In this document: positions 43,301 to 52,184 of the stretch, piece by piece
Numbering within the stretch: the stretch's first letter is position 1
Layout: every line of letters starts with the position of its first letter
Assembly (NCBI GenBank): GCA_963782915.1
Contig: CAWALK010000019.1
Span: forward strand, 64,001-128,000
Length of the DNA stretch: 64,000 bases
Source: an uncultured archaeon
GTDB lineage: Archaea > Thermoproteota > Bathyarchaeia > Bathyarchaeales > Bathycorpusculaceae
Direction: 5' to 3'
Notes under the pieces: model-generated
Databases searched by the model: none
What the model was told of the DNA's origin: nothing
The model's input: the letters and a program-made list of their open reading frames with translations, nothing else
Translations under genes and position numbers: made by a program

Positions 43301-44222
43301 GGATTACTTTACGGAACCTGAAAAAGCTAAGATTGGGTACAAGAGAGTTTTCTCTGAAGGATTTGTAACCGATTATCCTTTGGCGATCAAGCATAAGTCT
43401 GGAAAAGTCACGGAAGTGCATGTATAATGCTACTGTTTATAGAAATGCCGCCGGAGAAATACAGGGTGTTTTTGCAGCTGCAAGAGATATTACTGAGCGC
43501 AAGAAGGCTGAAGAACAAGCTCAGGAGGCTGCTAAGAAACTAAAAGATTCTGAACGTTTAGCGGCCATCGGTGCCACAGCGGGTATGGTTGGACATGATA
43601 TTCGCAATCCATTACAAGCTATAACGAGTGATGTTTACTTAGCGAAAACGGAATTAGCTTCGACTCTGGATAGTAAAGAGAAAGAGAATGCTTTAGAAAG
43701 CCTGACAGAGATCGAAAAGAACATTGATTACATTAACAAAATCGTGCAAGACCTGCAAGATTATGCCCGACCTCTTAGCCCAAAAACAGAAGAAATTGAC
43801 CTTAAACTGATAATTGCATGATCTATTGGCAAAGCAGAGGATGCCGGATAACATTGAACTGAGCCTTAAAATAGAAAATAAAGCTGAAAAAATCAATGCT
43901 GATTCCTATTACATAAATCGTATTATGTATAACCTAGTTACCAATGCCGTGCAGGCCATGCCAGATGGCGGCAAACTAACCATACATGCCCTCCGAGAAC
44001 AAAACAACTTGGTGATTTACTGTCAAAGACACTGGCGTAGGCATCCCTAAAGATATTCAAGGTAAGATGTTTACTCTGATGTTTACGACAAAAGCGAAGG
44101 GTCAGGGCTTTGGTTTGCCCGTTGTTAAGCGAATGATTGAGGCATTGGGTGGAATGATCTCATTTGAGAGCCAAGAGGGCAAAGGAACCACTTTCACAGT
44201 TAGTTTGCCTCTAAATAAATGA
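40360..44222 (+). CDS. Very large multi-PAS histidine kinase, multiple frameshifts
   Basis: About 8 PAS/PAC units across fragments, GHDIRNPLQ, NAVQAMPDGG, GQGFGL..ESQEGKGTTF ending in TGA at 44222. Confidence 0.8.
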
Positions 44223-44349
44223 GCGGTCACCCATTAGCCCTTATGCATTTGCCTATGTAGGCATAGTTCTTGAGTATTAAGTGATAATAGAATTTTGAAT
44301 TAAATAGTCTTTTATAATGCATTTGCGCTAAAATTTATTAGGGATTTTT

Positions 44350-44622
44350 TTGAAGCGCGAAGAAGCAATATTGGTTTTAAAGGAGCTTTTTGAAAAGTGC
44401 ACCAATTTGGATGGCCACTATTTAGAATTGTTACCGCCTAACGCCTCCACTAGAATGAGCGGTGGATATAAGATACAAATTAAGGCGACTCTTGATGAAG
44501 AAACAAGAAACTGCATGCAAGATGTTCTAATGAAAAATCGCCTTACCATAAAAATCGAAGAAGCAGATAGTTTCACAATTTACAAACCTCACAAAGAGTT
44601 TACCACTGCCCACCAAATGTAG
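44350..44622 (+). CDS. Hypothetical protein
   Basis: 90 aa, TTG start, TTTATA upstream. Confidence 0.6.
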   Translation: MKREEAILVLKELFEKCTNLDGHYLELLPPNASTRMSGGYKIQIKATLDEETRNCMQDVLMKNRLTIKIEEADSFTIYKPHKEFTTAHQM

Positions 44623-44789
44623 AGTGTTGTTGAGCAAGGAAAAACCTTCATCATACGTTTGCTCTCCCCAAGAGCTAAACGGTAAATGGACCTACAAATA
44701 AAACCATCTCGCCCCGATTATTCTGACTAAGATCATCTTAATCGAAACAGCTATTAAATTCAAAATTGATTCTCAGTTAGGTTTGCCTT

Positions 44790-44864
44790 ATGATTTTTGA
44801 AGAAGAAGACGATGACTGCGGTTGCGATGACGATTGCGACTGCGAAGACTCTGAAGAAGAATAA
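44790..44864 (+). CDS. 24-aa acidic Cys-rich peptide
   Basis: MIFEEEDDDCGCDDDCDCEDSEEE*; T-rich tract downstream. Confidence 0.5.
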   Translation: MIFEEEDDDCGCDDDCDCEDSEEE

Positions 44865-45186
44865 GCAAATCTCTAACCTTTTTTTGGTCCTGTTTTGTTT
44901 GCCCGATCACTGTATACAATGTAAATTTACGCCAGAAATTTTCCAGGAAATTTTGGGAAGTGCCGTGTGCTCAGGCCAAACGGTTCCACGGATTCAACAT
45001 TTCTGCCCAAGTGGAGCTTCAATGAACGGATTTTAGATATTTCTCACCACGGCGATGCGGCCGTTGCCGTATTCGGGCGTTAAGGTCTTCCATTAATTGG
45101 CTCCAGAAAGAGCTTAAAGTCATCGCTGGGAAAGTTTCATTTACTTTGGGCTCATATACTACGACCTGTCCTGAGATGCATTAACG

Positions 45187-45420
45187 ATGAACATGTCTGA
45201 GGCAATGCGGTACAAAACAAAAATCCAAACCAATTGCGCCATAGCCGTTAAAATGCTTGACACTGCCGAAGACGGCATCATTTTGTACATTGAGCGAAAA
45301 AGTCTTGACTCCGCTTCATACAAACTCTTGGTCGATTTTGCCGCCGAAAACCAGTTAAATCTGCAACTGAGCAGTGGCAACTTCATCATTTCAACCCATG
45401 CCCTATCGGCTCAAGGGTGA
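45187..45420 (+). CDS. Small hypothetical protein
   Basis: 77 aa; stop 3 bp before repeat R1. Confidence 0.6.
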   Translation: MNMSEAMRYKTKIQTNCAIAVKMLDTAEDGIILYIERKSLDSASYKLLVDFAAENQLNLQLSSGNFIISTHALSAQG

Positions 45421-45423
45421 ACC

Positions 45424-45561
45424 AAGGCCTTCAATAAATCGGGGGGTATAGAGGGAAGCTGGCAGGTCTTCGGTCTAAAGACTAATCATCAGAACCTATA
45501 AAAAATAAGACCCAATTTATGGCTTGACTTATCTTATGGCGTCCAATCGGCGGAAGACCTT
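45424..45561. repeat. Repeat R1 (138 bp, 9-bp inverted ends)
   Basis: AAGGCCTTCA..GGGGTATAGAGGGA..ATCATCAGAAC.TATAAAA..TGACTTATC.TATGG..TCCAATC..GAAGACCTT. Confidence 0.9.
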
Positions 45562-45703
45562 ACTGCGGCTGCTTCGATTCTTTTTGCTCTTTCTTTGAGC
45601 CGAAGTTAACGTTGATTACGATATTATTGTAAATGACAAGGCTTGCTTGAGCCGAAGGGCTAAGAAGTCTTGCCTCTTTTTCTTTTGTTTCCGATGTCGA
45701 CAT
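45560..45703 (-). CDS. 47-aa microprotein between R1 and R2, not in ORF track
   Basis: MSTSETKEKEARLLSPSAQASLVIYNNIVINVNFGSKKEQKESKQPQ*; its TAA overlaps the end of R1. Confidence 0.55.
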   Translation of the reverse strand: MSTSETKEKEARLLSPSAQASLVIYNNIVINVNFGSKKEQKESKQPQ

Positions 45704-45774
45704 AGCTATCTTGCTACTGGAACCGAATGAATGATAAAATGGTTTGCTGGTTACAGACTGAAATACATCGACGA

Positions 45775-45910
45775 AAGGCCTTCAATTTTCTGGAGGGGTA
45801 TAGAGGGAGAAAGGCTTGTCTGAGTTTTACCTTATCATCAGAACATATAAAATACAAAAGATAAAACGGAGGCTGACTTATCCTATGGGATCCAATCTTT
45901 AGAAGGCCTT
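45775..45910. repeat. Repeat R2 (136 bp)
   Basis: Same block order as R1; ends AAGGCCTTC / GAAGGCCTT form a perfect inverted repeat. Confidence 0.9.
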
Positions 45911-46036
45911 ATCGGATGCCCCGGTCCATTTACCGTTTAGCTCTTTGGTGGGCAAACGTATCATTGCGCCCGCTAATACTTACCGCAGTCAATATTCTGT
46001 GGTGCTATAACTATTAATACTCTAATTTCGAATTAA

Positions 46037-47712
46037 TTGCATCACAACTTGGGTTTCTCGCATATGCCTACAAACAAAGCGCTAGTAGAAGAGATTGAAT
46101 CATCGATTGCACGGGACTTCACTTTATCCTACGCTGAATTAAAGAAGCTCCACTCACAGATGCTGGACCAGATCACGTCTACAGCAAGCCGCTCACCCGC
46201 ATACTCCAAAATAGAGCATATCACCGACCTCTCGCAGCTAAGCAAGCTTCCAATGACGTCTTTTGACCAGATTCAGGTGCTCTTCGACAAGCTCGGAACC
46301 GAGAAGGTGCTACTCAAGAAACCCGCAATATTCTGGTACACCTCAGGCTCCACCGGCAAACAAAAGAAAGTCTACTATGGCGAAGCAGACGAAGACATCA
46401 TCGCACAGGGCTTCATGCAACTACTATACCTAAGCGGCGTACGAGTCACAGACAGCGCCTTTGTCTTCACCTCAACCGGCGGCGACACCCTCTTTGGGCT
46501 TGTCCTCAAAAAATATGATTTACCCGGCCTAATTTCGACTCTTACCAACGAAATCGACGTCATCAAAGCGTTGCGAAACGCGTCAAAGTTGGAACGGATC
46601 GACGTCACCGTAGGCGTCACGTGGCTTTACCTCGTCATCAACAAGATAGCGCACCACCCCGAAGAGTTCGAGAAGATAGTGCAAAAGATGGTGAAGGACA
46701 AAGTCAAGATACCCGGTTTGCCATGGCTTATTCGCAAGTATCTGATGCGGGGCATCGACTACCAGAACCTCGCAAAAACCCTCTCTGAAACCAGATTGGG
46801 CTTCTCGCACGCTGAAGCACTCGCACCCTACATCCCCAAGATACATGAGGTATATCCGAAGATGGAGCTGCATGACGTGTTCGGCGCAACCGAGCAGTGG
46901 GTGCAGGCATACAGGTTTCAACCGAGCATAACTGGCTCAGCTTCTTCCTACGTTACTCCATCCCCGAACTGGCAGATCCAGAAGAAGTCCTTAAAGCTAA
47001 ACAGGACCCAACCTACATACCCAAAACCACTCCATGGTACGAATGGAAAAAGGGCATGCGCGGCGAACTCATCTTAACCCGCCCCGGCGAATGCTTGCCC
47101 TTGATCAGGTACCCGACTGGCGACATGATTGAAATCATGGACCCCGCCTACAAGTTCATAGTCAAACTCGAAACCACCACACTTGACATAACACTACCCG
47201 CGATTATGTCCCTTGGAAGATCAACAGACTCAGTGGATTACGACTCAGGAGACCAAAACGGCAACTTTTTCGGCTTCAAAGTCTACTCGCGGCAAATAAA
47301 CGACGCACTCTTCAAAATCCAGAACATTCGCTGGTGGGAACTCTACCACGTCCGCGGCAGCCCCGGCAGATTCATCTTCCTAGTAATCCCAGAAGCCCCA
47401 GTGCAGGATATGGTAGCCTTTAAAGCAGAAATACACGCATTGCTTACCAAAACCTTTGTGGAGTATTACGCAGTAGATACAGGAAGGCAATTCATACTCG
47501 ACGGCTCAGCGGCCAACGGAAACGGCGTAATTCACAAGGAACTCATCGAGGTCATAGTCACGCGCCCCGAGGCTTACAACGTCGTAGACCGCGAGGTAAA
47601 GCGCCGCCTAAAGGAAGGCCGAGCGATGGGGCGCCAGAAGCCCAAGCGGATCTTCAAGGTTGAGAACGAAGCCGAATTCAAGCGGCTTGTTGATGAGAAA
47701 CTGAAGGCATAG
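46037..47712 (+). CDS. GH3/PaaK-like adenylate-forming acyl ligase, one frameshift near 46900
   Basis: YTSGSTGKQK P-loop, FGATE, LIRYPTGD, terminal QKPKR. Confidence 0.75.
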
Positions 47713-47756
47713 GACCTACCTACCTCAGCGGTGCCTCCCCTGCCTTATATAAAGAA

Positions 47757-47892
47757 AAGGCCTTCACGAAATTAGGGGGTATAGAGAGAAGAGAAGGCTT
47801 GACGGGTTTAAGCTAATCATCACAACATATAAAACAACAATAGAATAAATCAAACAAACTATCTCCATACCCATCCGTCGGCGGAAGACCTT
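47757..47892. repeat. Repeat R3 (136 bp)
   Basis: AAGGCCTTCA..GGGGGTATAGAGAGA..TAATCATCACAACATATAAAA..GGCGGAAGACCTT. Confidence 0.9.
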
Positions 47893-48092
47893 TACCAGTA
47901 TAAGTAAATATGCATTATCTGTAAAATCTTAGACTCGCCGTAGCCAGCTTTGACCAACCCACGAATCGTTTCCTTTATCAGCTGGACGAATTCGGAGTCT
48001 GCAGCAATATAGGCAGCCAAACCGACGAGCAATATGCCACCGACAATAATAGTCAGCATTCTCTCGAACCTAAGCCAAAAATGCAAGCTCAA
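47892..48092 (-). CDS. 66-aa membrane microprotein
   Basis: One TM helix; its TAA overlaps the last base of R3. Confidence 0.55.
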   Translation of the reverse strand: MSLHFWLRFERMLTIIVGGILLVGLAAYIAADSEFVQLIKETIRGLVKAGYGESKILQIMHIYLYW

Positions 48093-48413
48093 ACTAATAT
48101 GTATTACGATTCACTTCATTACCGTTAAAGCAGTTGTGATTTGAGCCGCAAATTTTGAAGGCCTTCGCCGATTTGCCCCCATAGAGAGAAATGCCAAGCT
48201 ATTCTTCACAACATTCAAGAATTTCTTCGGGATCCATCCAGCTTTAACTTGAACTATCAACGTTCATTGCGCTGCCGCTTGAAAGCCAAAGACAAAAAAG
48301 CGCATGGAGAACTTTCTTTGCTTAACGCTACGGAAAACTGCAGTAACGTTGCTGAATTCTGCAGCGTCGGACAAAGCCAAAAACAAGACTATACAATGAA
48401 TCAGGTGCAAGAT

Positions 48414-48459
48414 TGGAGCCTTCGGCGGGATTTGGACCCGCGACCATTACCTTACCAAG
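48414..48459 (-). pseudogene. 3' half of a tRNA-Thr(GGT), relic att site
   Basis: Reverse strand CTTGGTAAGGTAATGGTCGCGGGTCCAAATCCCGCCGAAGGCTCCA: anticodon loop, T arm (TTC changed to TCC), acceptor strand and CCA; no 5' half. Confidence 0.75.
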
Positions 48460-48629
48460 AACCTGCCCTTGTAATATAAGTAGTAGTACAAAACATTTTT
48501 TCTGTGTTTTTCGACCTGCTGGTTGTTTGTTTGGGTTTGATTGAAAGAAGAAAGAAAAGGAATTGCGTTTCTTCTTCTACTAAAGAACTCCAACAGGTTA
48601 ATAGTCAACTATTGCAATAGGCATTAAGC

Positions 48630-48872
48630 TTACGTGCGCAGGTCAATACTATAGTAGGTTTTCAAGTATTTGCTGTTCAGGAGTGCTTCTAGTATTGTTT
48701 GGCACTCTTCTGGATAGAATGCAGCTACTACTGTGCAGAGGTCATCTTCACTTATCCGCTGATTATTCTTCAACCCTACCTCGCGAATTAGTCTGAGAGC
48801 AGCTTGATTTTTTGTTTCATTACTTGCTTTCTTAATTGACTCTGCTTTTTTCAGCTCAGGCACCCCATACAA
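48630..48872 (-). CDS. Hypothetical protein
   Basis: 80-aa ORF with plausible composition. Confidence 0.4.
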   Translation of the reverse strand: MYGVPELKKAESIKKASNETKNQAALRLIREVGLKNNQRISEDDLCTVVAAFYPEECQTILEALLNSKYLKTYYSIDLRT

Positions 48873-49065
48873 GTTGATCCTAATATTATTTTTAATACAG
48901 CCTTAAGGTATTGAATGAAGTAGAAAAAATTTGTACTTCTTCTACTGAGAAATTCTAATTGGTAGTAGTCGTCGATGTACTAGTACCGTCGACTACTTCT
49001 ATGCTAATACATTGTAGAGTTGAGAAGTTTTCAACTGCACATTTGACCTTTGTAGCCAAAGTGAC

Positions 49066-49952
49066 TTATGGAATGCCCCATAGCCTATTATCGTCATAAT
49101 ACAAATCCATAGACCAATATACAAGGCCCTTAAAGACAGCTAGTGGCGGTTCTTTTCGTAGTTTAGGTGCCATACGTGCCCATTCTTCTTCAGAGATGCG
49201 TGACTGATCTTTCCATCTTTGCAATCCCATTTCGAACAGGTCTTCAAGCGCTTTGCCTAAACACTTGTATCTACCATAAAGGCTGCTGCCGGTCGTATTA
49301 GAGATTCCTAAGAGCTTCCAGCCGAACATTAACAAAATCATGCGTTCCTCATGCTTCTCCGATTGAGACAACCCTGTATCAGCATACAAGTTTTAATTCA
49401 ATGTCGCCAAGCCGTTCATAATTCTGTAGATGCAGTGGAATCTACGCATCGCCAATATTCGGGGTCGAATTCATTATAATCGATTTTTAACTCTCGGGTT
49501 TTAGTGATAACCAGCTTGCCGGGCAGTTTGTAATATTTTAGCTCATCGATTTCTTCTTTTTTCTTGTAAAATTCAACTTCATTGAGTAGCCATTGCTGCT
49601 TATCGACGTCTAACTTGGTGAACAACTCCACGTTCTTGATTCTTTGCAGCTCTGCCTTTAGCTCAGCTCTTATTTTTTCTGGGATAAGGTAAAAAACGCT
49701 TTGGTGACCGAGGTTTTGCCTCTCAAGTAATCCTTCTGAGCGTAAGGCTGCTTTGGCTCTGGAGAAGGCAACATCGAAGCTTTCAAGGTCATAGTGTTTG
49801 GGAACATATCGTGCGTTTAAGGCTTTTTGGATTTCTTTGCTTTGTAGCCGGCAATTGGGTGCCTCTATAGTTGTCGTTAAGATGTCTAGCCGTAGAGCAT
49901 TATTTCTTGTTTCGGCGCTTAACTGCATAAGGCACACTGTAGTTACTAACAA
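49066..49952 (-). CDS. wHTH regulator-like protein (two ORFs, possibly one frameshifted gene)
   Basis: LQSKEIQKAL...FDVAFSRAKAALRSEGLLERQNLGHQSVFYLI winged-helix pattern; divergent from the integrase operon. Confidence 0.55.
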
Positions 49953-49995
49953 GTTGTTAGCTATAATATGTCTTACTGTACTCCTTACTTACAGA
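49946..49995. promoter_or_regulatory. Divergent control region with a palindrome and short direct repeats
   Basis: CTAACAA-G-TTGTTAG (49946-49960) and three CTTAC repeats between the wHTH and RHH genes. Confidence 0.5.
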
Positions 49996-50156
49996 ATCAA
50001 CGGGTGAAGCGAATGGATGAAAAAGTCACAGTACGCATCCCTGATGGCCAAAGAGAAAAAATTGAGCGAATAATCAAACGGGAATACCCTAAAATGAAAA
50101 CCATCAGCGACGTCGTCAGACACGCACTAAGTCAATTCCTCGAAAAAGAGGCCTGA
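49968..50156 (+). CDS. Ribbon-helix-helix (CopG-like) protein
   Basis: KVTVRIPDGQREKIERII...KTISDVVRHALSQFL. Confidence 0.85.
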   Translation: MSYCTPYLQNQRVKRMDEKVTVRIPDGQREKIERIIKREYPKMKTISDVVRHALSQFLEKEA

Positions 50157-50158
50157 TC

Positions 50159-50575
50159 TTGGCAAGCCGCAGCAGCATCTTAGAAACAATCGGCACCCAA
50201 CAGAACCCTCTCCAACAATTCATTTACGTCCGCTATCAAGATCACGTTTTGTATAATCGAAGTTCTGCTCTATTGATGCAGCCGCAGGTTAGAGAAGCTG
50301 TAGGCTGGCTAGTCTATGAAGCCGAGCAGTACATTATACTTTCTTGGGATAGAGATGCTGCTCCGCCGACGCTACATGGTGGCGACCCGAAAGCATCCGG
50401 GTTGGTACTTCTAAAAACGGACATTTTGGACCTGCAGAAGCTAAAAGCTCACTACTTACAACGGAATTTTGAGTTTAATTTAAATCGCAAACCAGCTAAA
50501 CAAGAGAATGAGTCTGCGTTCCGACGACCATCGGAGCGAAAAACTCACTCCTCAAAAGGAGAAAAAACAAAATGA
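50159..50575 (+). CDS. Hypothetical protein of the integrase operon
   Basis: IYVRYQDHVLYN...REAVGWL; tightly coupled to the RHH and integrase genes. Confidence 0.7.
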   Translation: MASRSSILETIGTQQNPLQQFIYVRYQDHVLYNRSSALLMQPQVREAVGWLVYEAEQYIILSWDRDAAPPTLHGGDPKASGLVLLKTDILDLQKLKAHYLQRNFEFNLNRKPAKQENESAFRRPSERKTHSSKGEKTK

Positions 50576-52006
50576 TAGAAAAGACTACCATAGCCCCCGC
50601 TATAACCCGCAACCGTCAACTTTCCCTTGAAGAACTAAAAAGCCTCAATCTCCCCATGACATTCCAAGGCGACCAAGTCGTAATCAGCACAAGCTTAACC
50701 GGCTGGAAACTCAAAAAACCCGTAATCATAGAACTAAAAAACATCTTAGATGCCAAAGAAAAAGGCCTCGTCGACTACATCATCAGATCCTGCCTAAACG
50801 ACAGCCCAAGCGTAATTGCCTTCATATTCGAAAACCAGAGCATGCTAAAACTCGCCCGCCACTTCCTACGCCACCTCTCAGGCTCCTACAGAAGCTGCTT
50901 AACCTACTCTGTTAACGTCAAACGATACGCAATTTGGCTTGGCCATAAGCCCGACTTAATTATCCAAGACGTCAAACCAGTCGGCGCAATCCCCGACCCA
51001 ATAAAAGTGCAGAGCCACTGCGGATTCTTAAACGATTATCTTGCTGAGCTCCAGGACAACGACCTCAAACCAGCCGCCGTCAACAACTGCATAAAAGCCG
51101 TCAAAACCTTCTACCACGTAAACGGCATAGACGTCAAACTCTCTGAGCGCCTAAGCCGAAAAGTCGCTTACAAAGACCGAGCACCAAAGCCCGAAGAACT
51201 CACAAAAATGCTTAGATAAATCCGCTGTCCGAGAAGCCTTTATCATAGCCGCTTTAGCCACAGGCTGGATTCCGGGAAGGAACATTCTGTAAACTAAAAT
51301 ACCGACACGTCAAAGAAGACCTAGAAGCCAGACAGAATACCTATACACGTCCACGTAGAAGCAGAAATCACCAAAGGAAAATACCATGACTACGACACCT
51401 TCATCAACACTGAAGCAAGTTCAATCTACTGAAAATGTACATTGCTGACAGAAGACGAGGCAGCATATACACTCCGCCCGAAGAAATCACCGACGACTCA
51501 CCTCTAATCCGAAGCGACCACAATGCACACAAAATATTGGGCATTAGCGAAAAAACCACTGCGTAAAATCGTGCACACAATCGCCGTTGAAGCTGACGTC
51601 TCAAAGAAACTGCCCGACAGCTGGATGTACAGTGTTAGAACCCATAGCCTACGAAAATACTTCAGAACCCAAATGAGCGCCTCAAAAATCGATAGTGAAA
51701 TCATCAAATATTTTATGGGCAAAACCATCGACACCTACGAAGACGTCCAGAGCTTAGGTATTGAAACGCTAAGAAACCTCTACACATCTGCAGGACTAGC
51801 CATTAGACCAAAGACTCAGGTCAATAGGATTGAGCAGTTTAAAGAAATCTTACGTGCCATGGGGAGAGAACCCAGAAGAAGTCCTATCAAAAGATGCTTT
51901 GATGCGGGGAAACATTACTGAGCTCCCAGAACTATACCAGAATCATCAGTTATCTGTTCTGGCTGAGCAGCTTAAGCAGCTGATTAGACGGGAGGTCAGG
52001 GTTTAG
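50572..52006 (+). CDS. Tyrosine recombinase/integrase, several frameshifts
   Basis: Core-binding domain (IKAVKTFY), TG..REGT region, EITKGKY, THSLRKYFRT, YFMGKTIDTY; ends 36 bp from tRNA-Asn. Confidence 0.88.
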
Positions 52007-52042
52007 TGAACGAAAAAACTGGTAGTTTCTTCGTGTTAGTAA

Positions 52043-52119
52043 TGGCGCCGCCGAAAGGACTCGAACCTTTGACCTACTGATTAACAGTCAGTTGCACTAC
52101 CGGGCTGTGCAACGGCGGC
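52043..52119 (-). tRNA. tRNA-Asn(GTT)
   Basis: Acceptor GCCGCCG/CGGCGGC, D arm GCAC/GTGC, anticodon arm ACTGA-CTGTTAA-TCAGT, T-loop TTCGAGT, CCA. Confidence 0.96.
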
Positions 52120-52184
52120 AATCCACCGGTACTACTGCACTTTAGGTTCCACAAAAGTATTTAAGGCTACTTATTCCAACTGCC

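Larger units (their letters stand above)
33385..52059. mobile_element. Integrative element (~18.7 kb) inserted in the 3' end of tRNA-Asn
   Basis: Direct repeat ATGCCGCCGCCGAAAGGA (33385-33402) vs ATGGCGCCGCCGAAAGGA (52042-52059), 17/18 identical; tyrosine recombinase next to the tRNA. Confidence 0.8.

Noticed and set aside
45480-45500. TGATGA on the minus strand of R1-R3 as box C of C/D guide RNAs
   Set aside because: No consistent CTGA box D at a suitable distance in all copies, and the adjacent TATA is too close to act as its promoter.
45424-47892. R1-R3 as a CRISPR array or canonical integron attC sites
   Set aside because: Repeats are 136-138 bp with irregular spacing, no cas genes are present, and the RYYYAAC/GTTRRRY cores are absent.
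48249-48479. 76-aa ORF ending WSLRRDLDPRPLPYQ, and ORF 8377-8601
   Set aside because: These are antisense translations of tRNA sequence.
9355-52006. Frequent frameshifts read as mass pseudogenisation or programmed frameshifting
   Set aside because: They also hit ribosomal protein rpl12 and the SPOUT methyltransferase, and are single-base indels without other decay, so long-read assembly error is more likely.
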